64,000 nt of DNA, taken from assembly GCA_001786835.1 (NCBI GenBank), contig MFTO01000013.1:1002-65001 (forward strand). The letters are read 5' to 3'. The notes beneath the pieces are model-generated. The model saw only the letters and a program-made list of their open reading frames with translations. It had not been told where the DNA came from and did not search any database. This DNA comes from Candidatus Nomurabacteria bacterium RIFCSPHIGHO2_01_FULL_40_20 (GTDB lineage Bacteria > Patescibacteriota > Minisyncoccia > Phycocordibacterales > UBA9973). Each line of letters starts with the position of its first letter. Position 1 is the first letter of the stretch. This document shows, in pieces, positions 62,259 through 64,000 of this stretch. The position numbers and the translations under genes were made by a program.

Positions 62259-62981
62259 TTAAGGCGCGTTTTCAACATCTATCAACCTCTGCGAGACTGT
62301 AGTTTGAAGTGAAAATGGTGTTATAATGTCTTTATATTTTATCTCACCAATAAGATGTATTTTTATTAAGGGTTGCTGGAAATCTCCGTCAATCGGCGGT
62401 TTTGCACCAATAACCTCAAAACCAGAACTGTCCTTGATTGTTATCTCTTCCAAATTCATCTGCACGAAAGTAAGCCCGCCGTTGGTTGATTTTTCAATAT
62501 TGTATTTTGTGGGGTTTACACTATCTTGCCATATCCTATATACCCATTGGTCATTTGTAGCATCCTCTGCCCCATCTCCATGCGCTTCCTCAAAAACTAT
62601 CACTCCCCCGTCAAAGCAATCGAGAGGATCATCTAAACTGTCGCTCTGTGGATCTTGGCTATCGATCCAAATTTCCGTGTCATAACATCTATAATTATAC
62701 CCGGTGCGCAGATTGCGCGACATGTCTTCCATAATAAAAGATAGATTGTCCATGATGGAACGCTGGTCTTCTGTCTTGTTGTGCACTAGGTTCGCATTGA
62801 GAAGAGCCCCAGTGCCAAAAACCACTATAATCACAAAAAGACCGATGGATATCATAGTTTCTATGATAGTAAACCCAGTAGTGAGTTTTGGCGAAGCGCT
62901 TTTAGCGCGCAATTCTATTGCATCGCCAAAATCTACTAACTGGGTAAACCCTTTGTTTAATTTTTTGTTTGCTTTCTCCAT
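62259..62981 (-). CDS. Type IV pilin-like protein (PilW-like) with a duplicated GFT leader
   Basis: KGFTQ...TGFTIIETMISI. Confidence 0.9.
   Translation of the reverse strand: MEKANKKLNKGFTQLVDFGDAIELRAKSASPKLTTGFTIIETMISIGLFVIIVVFGTGALLNANLVHNKTEDQRSIMDNLSFIMEDMSRNLRTGYNYRCYDTEIWIDSQDPQSDSLDDPLDCFDGGVIVFEEAHGDGAEDATNDQWVYRIWQDSVNPTKYNIEKSTNGGLTFVQMNLEEITIKDSSGFEVIGAKPPIDGDFQQPLIKIHLIGEIKYKDIITPFSLQTTVSQRLIDVENAP
62874..62944. mobile_element. Palindromic element in the prepilin cleavage site
   Basis: CCCAGTAGTGAGTTTTGGCGA...TCGCCAAAATCTACTAACTGGG; GGGTTTAC repeated 75 bp apart. Confidence 0.85.
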
Positions 62982-62982
62982 T

Positions 62983-63633
62983 TTAATTTAATTGAATCCT
63001 GCCGGAAGGATAAACTTTTATCAGAGAGCTGGTGCCTTGAGGAGAAGAAATGGTAATTTGCAGAAAATCTATAATTGTAGTGCCGTCTGCAATTTGGGCG
63101 CATATAGAATCACCGGTACACCTAAGAGTCGCCCCGGAATCCGGTCTGGTGAAAGTTATGTGAGCCTCACTTATTTCTGTAGCTGTAGCTCCTATAAAAA
63201 TACTAATATCGCTCACAAAGTTGCCCTTGGTGATGGTTATGGTTTCTAGGCATTCAACACTGTTGCCAGGATCATTACTTGGACAAGGGATGTAAGGACC
63301 GTCAAACACTTTACCTTGATCTAGGTCTGCAAAATAAAGAAATGCGCTTGGACTATCTGAAGTAAATAACAGCCCATAGGAAGGCTTCCAAGGATCTGCG
63401 CTAGGCATACTTAAGACAGGTAATTTGCCGGTAGTTGACTCCTTCTGCGCCTGCACAAATTTGAGCGCAATGTCGTTCGCCAGGTTTTTGATATCCACTT
63501 TTATCTGAAATTCTTTATAGCTGAAAAGTCCAATAGCAGACATTATGGAGAAAATACTCAAAACCACTATGAGCTCTACATAAGTCATACCACTATTGGA
63601 ATTTTTAATTTTAAATTTTAAATTTTTAGCCAT
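62983..63633 (-). CDS. Type IV pilin-like protein (FimT/GspH-like)
   Basis: GMTYVELIVVLSI. Confidence 0.88.
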   Translation of the reverse strand: MAKNLKFKIKNSNSGMTYVELIVVLSIFSIMSAIGLFSYKEFQIKVDIKNLANDIALKFVQAQKESTTGKLPVLSMPSADPWKPSYGLLFTSDSPSAFLYFADLDQGKVFDGPYIPCPSNDPGNSVECLETITITKGNFVSDISIFIGATATEISEAHITFTRPDSGATLRCTGDSICAQIADGTTIIDFLQITISSPQGTSSLIKVYPSGRIQLN

Positions 63634-63634
63634 T

Positions 63635-64000
63635 TTAAAAAAGAAAAAATTGGATATTAAAAAGAAAGGCTAAAAATGCGCCAAGCGCCAAAAACGGCGC
63701 GAAAGGAATTTCGCTTTTCCAACCATACTTTTTAGAGAAAACCAAAATAAACATCCCCACTATCCCCCCCGCCCAGAAAGCGATTACCACCCCAGAGAAC
63801 ACCTGTGAAAAGCCCAAAAGCCAACCCAAGCCTATGGCGAGCTTGGCATCCCCGAGCCCCATCCACCTGCCCCGCGAGAGGAGCCAAATGAGAGCAAAAG
63901 GCAGAGCTACGAGTAATCCCGAGAGAACATCTGCCATCTCGGGCAAATGCGGATAAAAGAAAAAATGGTCCACAAACAAGAAAAGCGAGAGAAAAGCCAA
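63635..64000 (-). CDS. pilD: Prepilin peptidase, C-terminal part (5' end beyond window)
   Basis: MGLGDAKL, IPFAPFL. Confidence 0.92.
   Translation of the reverse strand: MAFLSLFLFVDHFFFYPHLPEMADVLSGLLVALPFALIWLLSRGRWMGLGDAKLAIGLGWLLGFSQVFSGVVIAFWAGGIVGMFILVFSKKYGWKSEIPFAPFLALGAFLAFLFNIQFFLF

Overview
This is a gene-dense bacterial chromosome segment (genetic code 11). It is most likely Patescibacteria/CPR (Parcubacteria-like), inferred from the short SMC, single-chain PheRS, NusB-Nudix fusion, pilin cluster and leaderless-type promoters. The core genes are tgt, mreBC, proS, rpsB-tsf, rpoB-rpoC-dnaG-rpoD, trmD, khpA-rpsP, rnr, smc-rnc-nusB-rpmF, thrS, gyrB, pheS, trhO, a UvrD-nuclease, truB, ligA, type IV pilins and three tRNAs, with small accessory blocks between them. 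Several unusual signals are read directly from the DNA. (1) Two paralogous wHTH/Cas2-like (PaaX-type) genes are each bracketed by their own 36-44 bp palindromes, which share a CTGC-N4-GCAG core. (2) Cargo is repeatedly inserted at ends of core genes, leaving short duplicated relics of the old end (gyrB, uvrD, trmD, tRNA-Ser), with no integrase in view. (3) About 15 REP/MITE-like palindromes are inserted in frame in conserved proteins or exactly at start codons. (4) An orphan PemK/MazF gene is faced by a promoter-driven tetraloop sRNA. (5) A cassette-like array of small genes carries a repeated palindrome and -10 block around an ArsR gene. (6) One promoter has a poly-G spacer, and one secreted protein is built from hexapeptide repeats. 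Product calls rest on recognised motifs only; no database searches were run.
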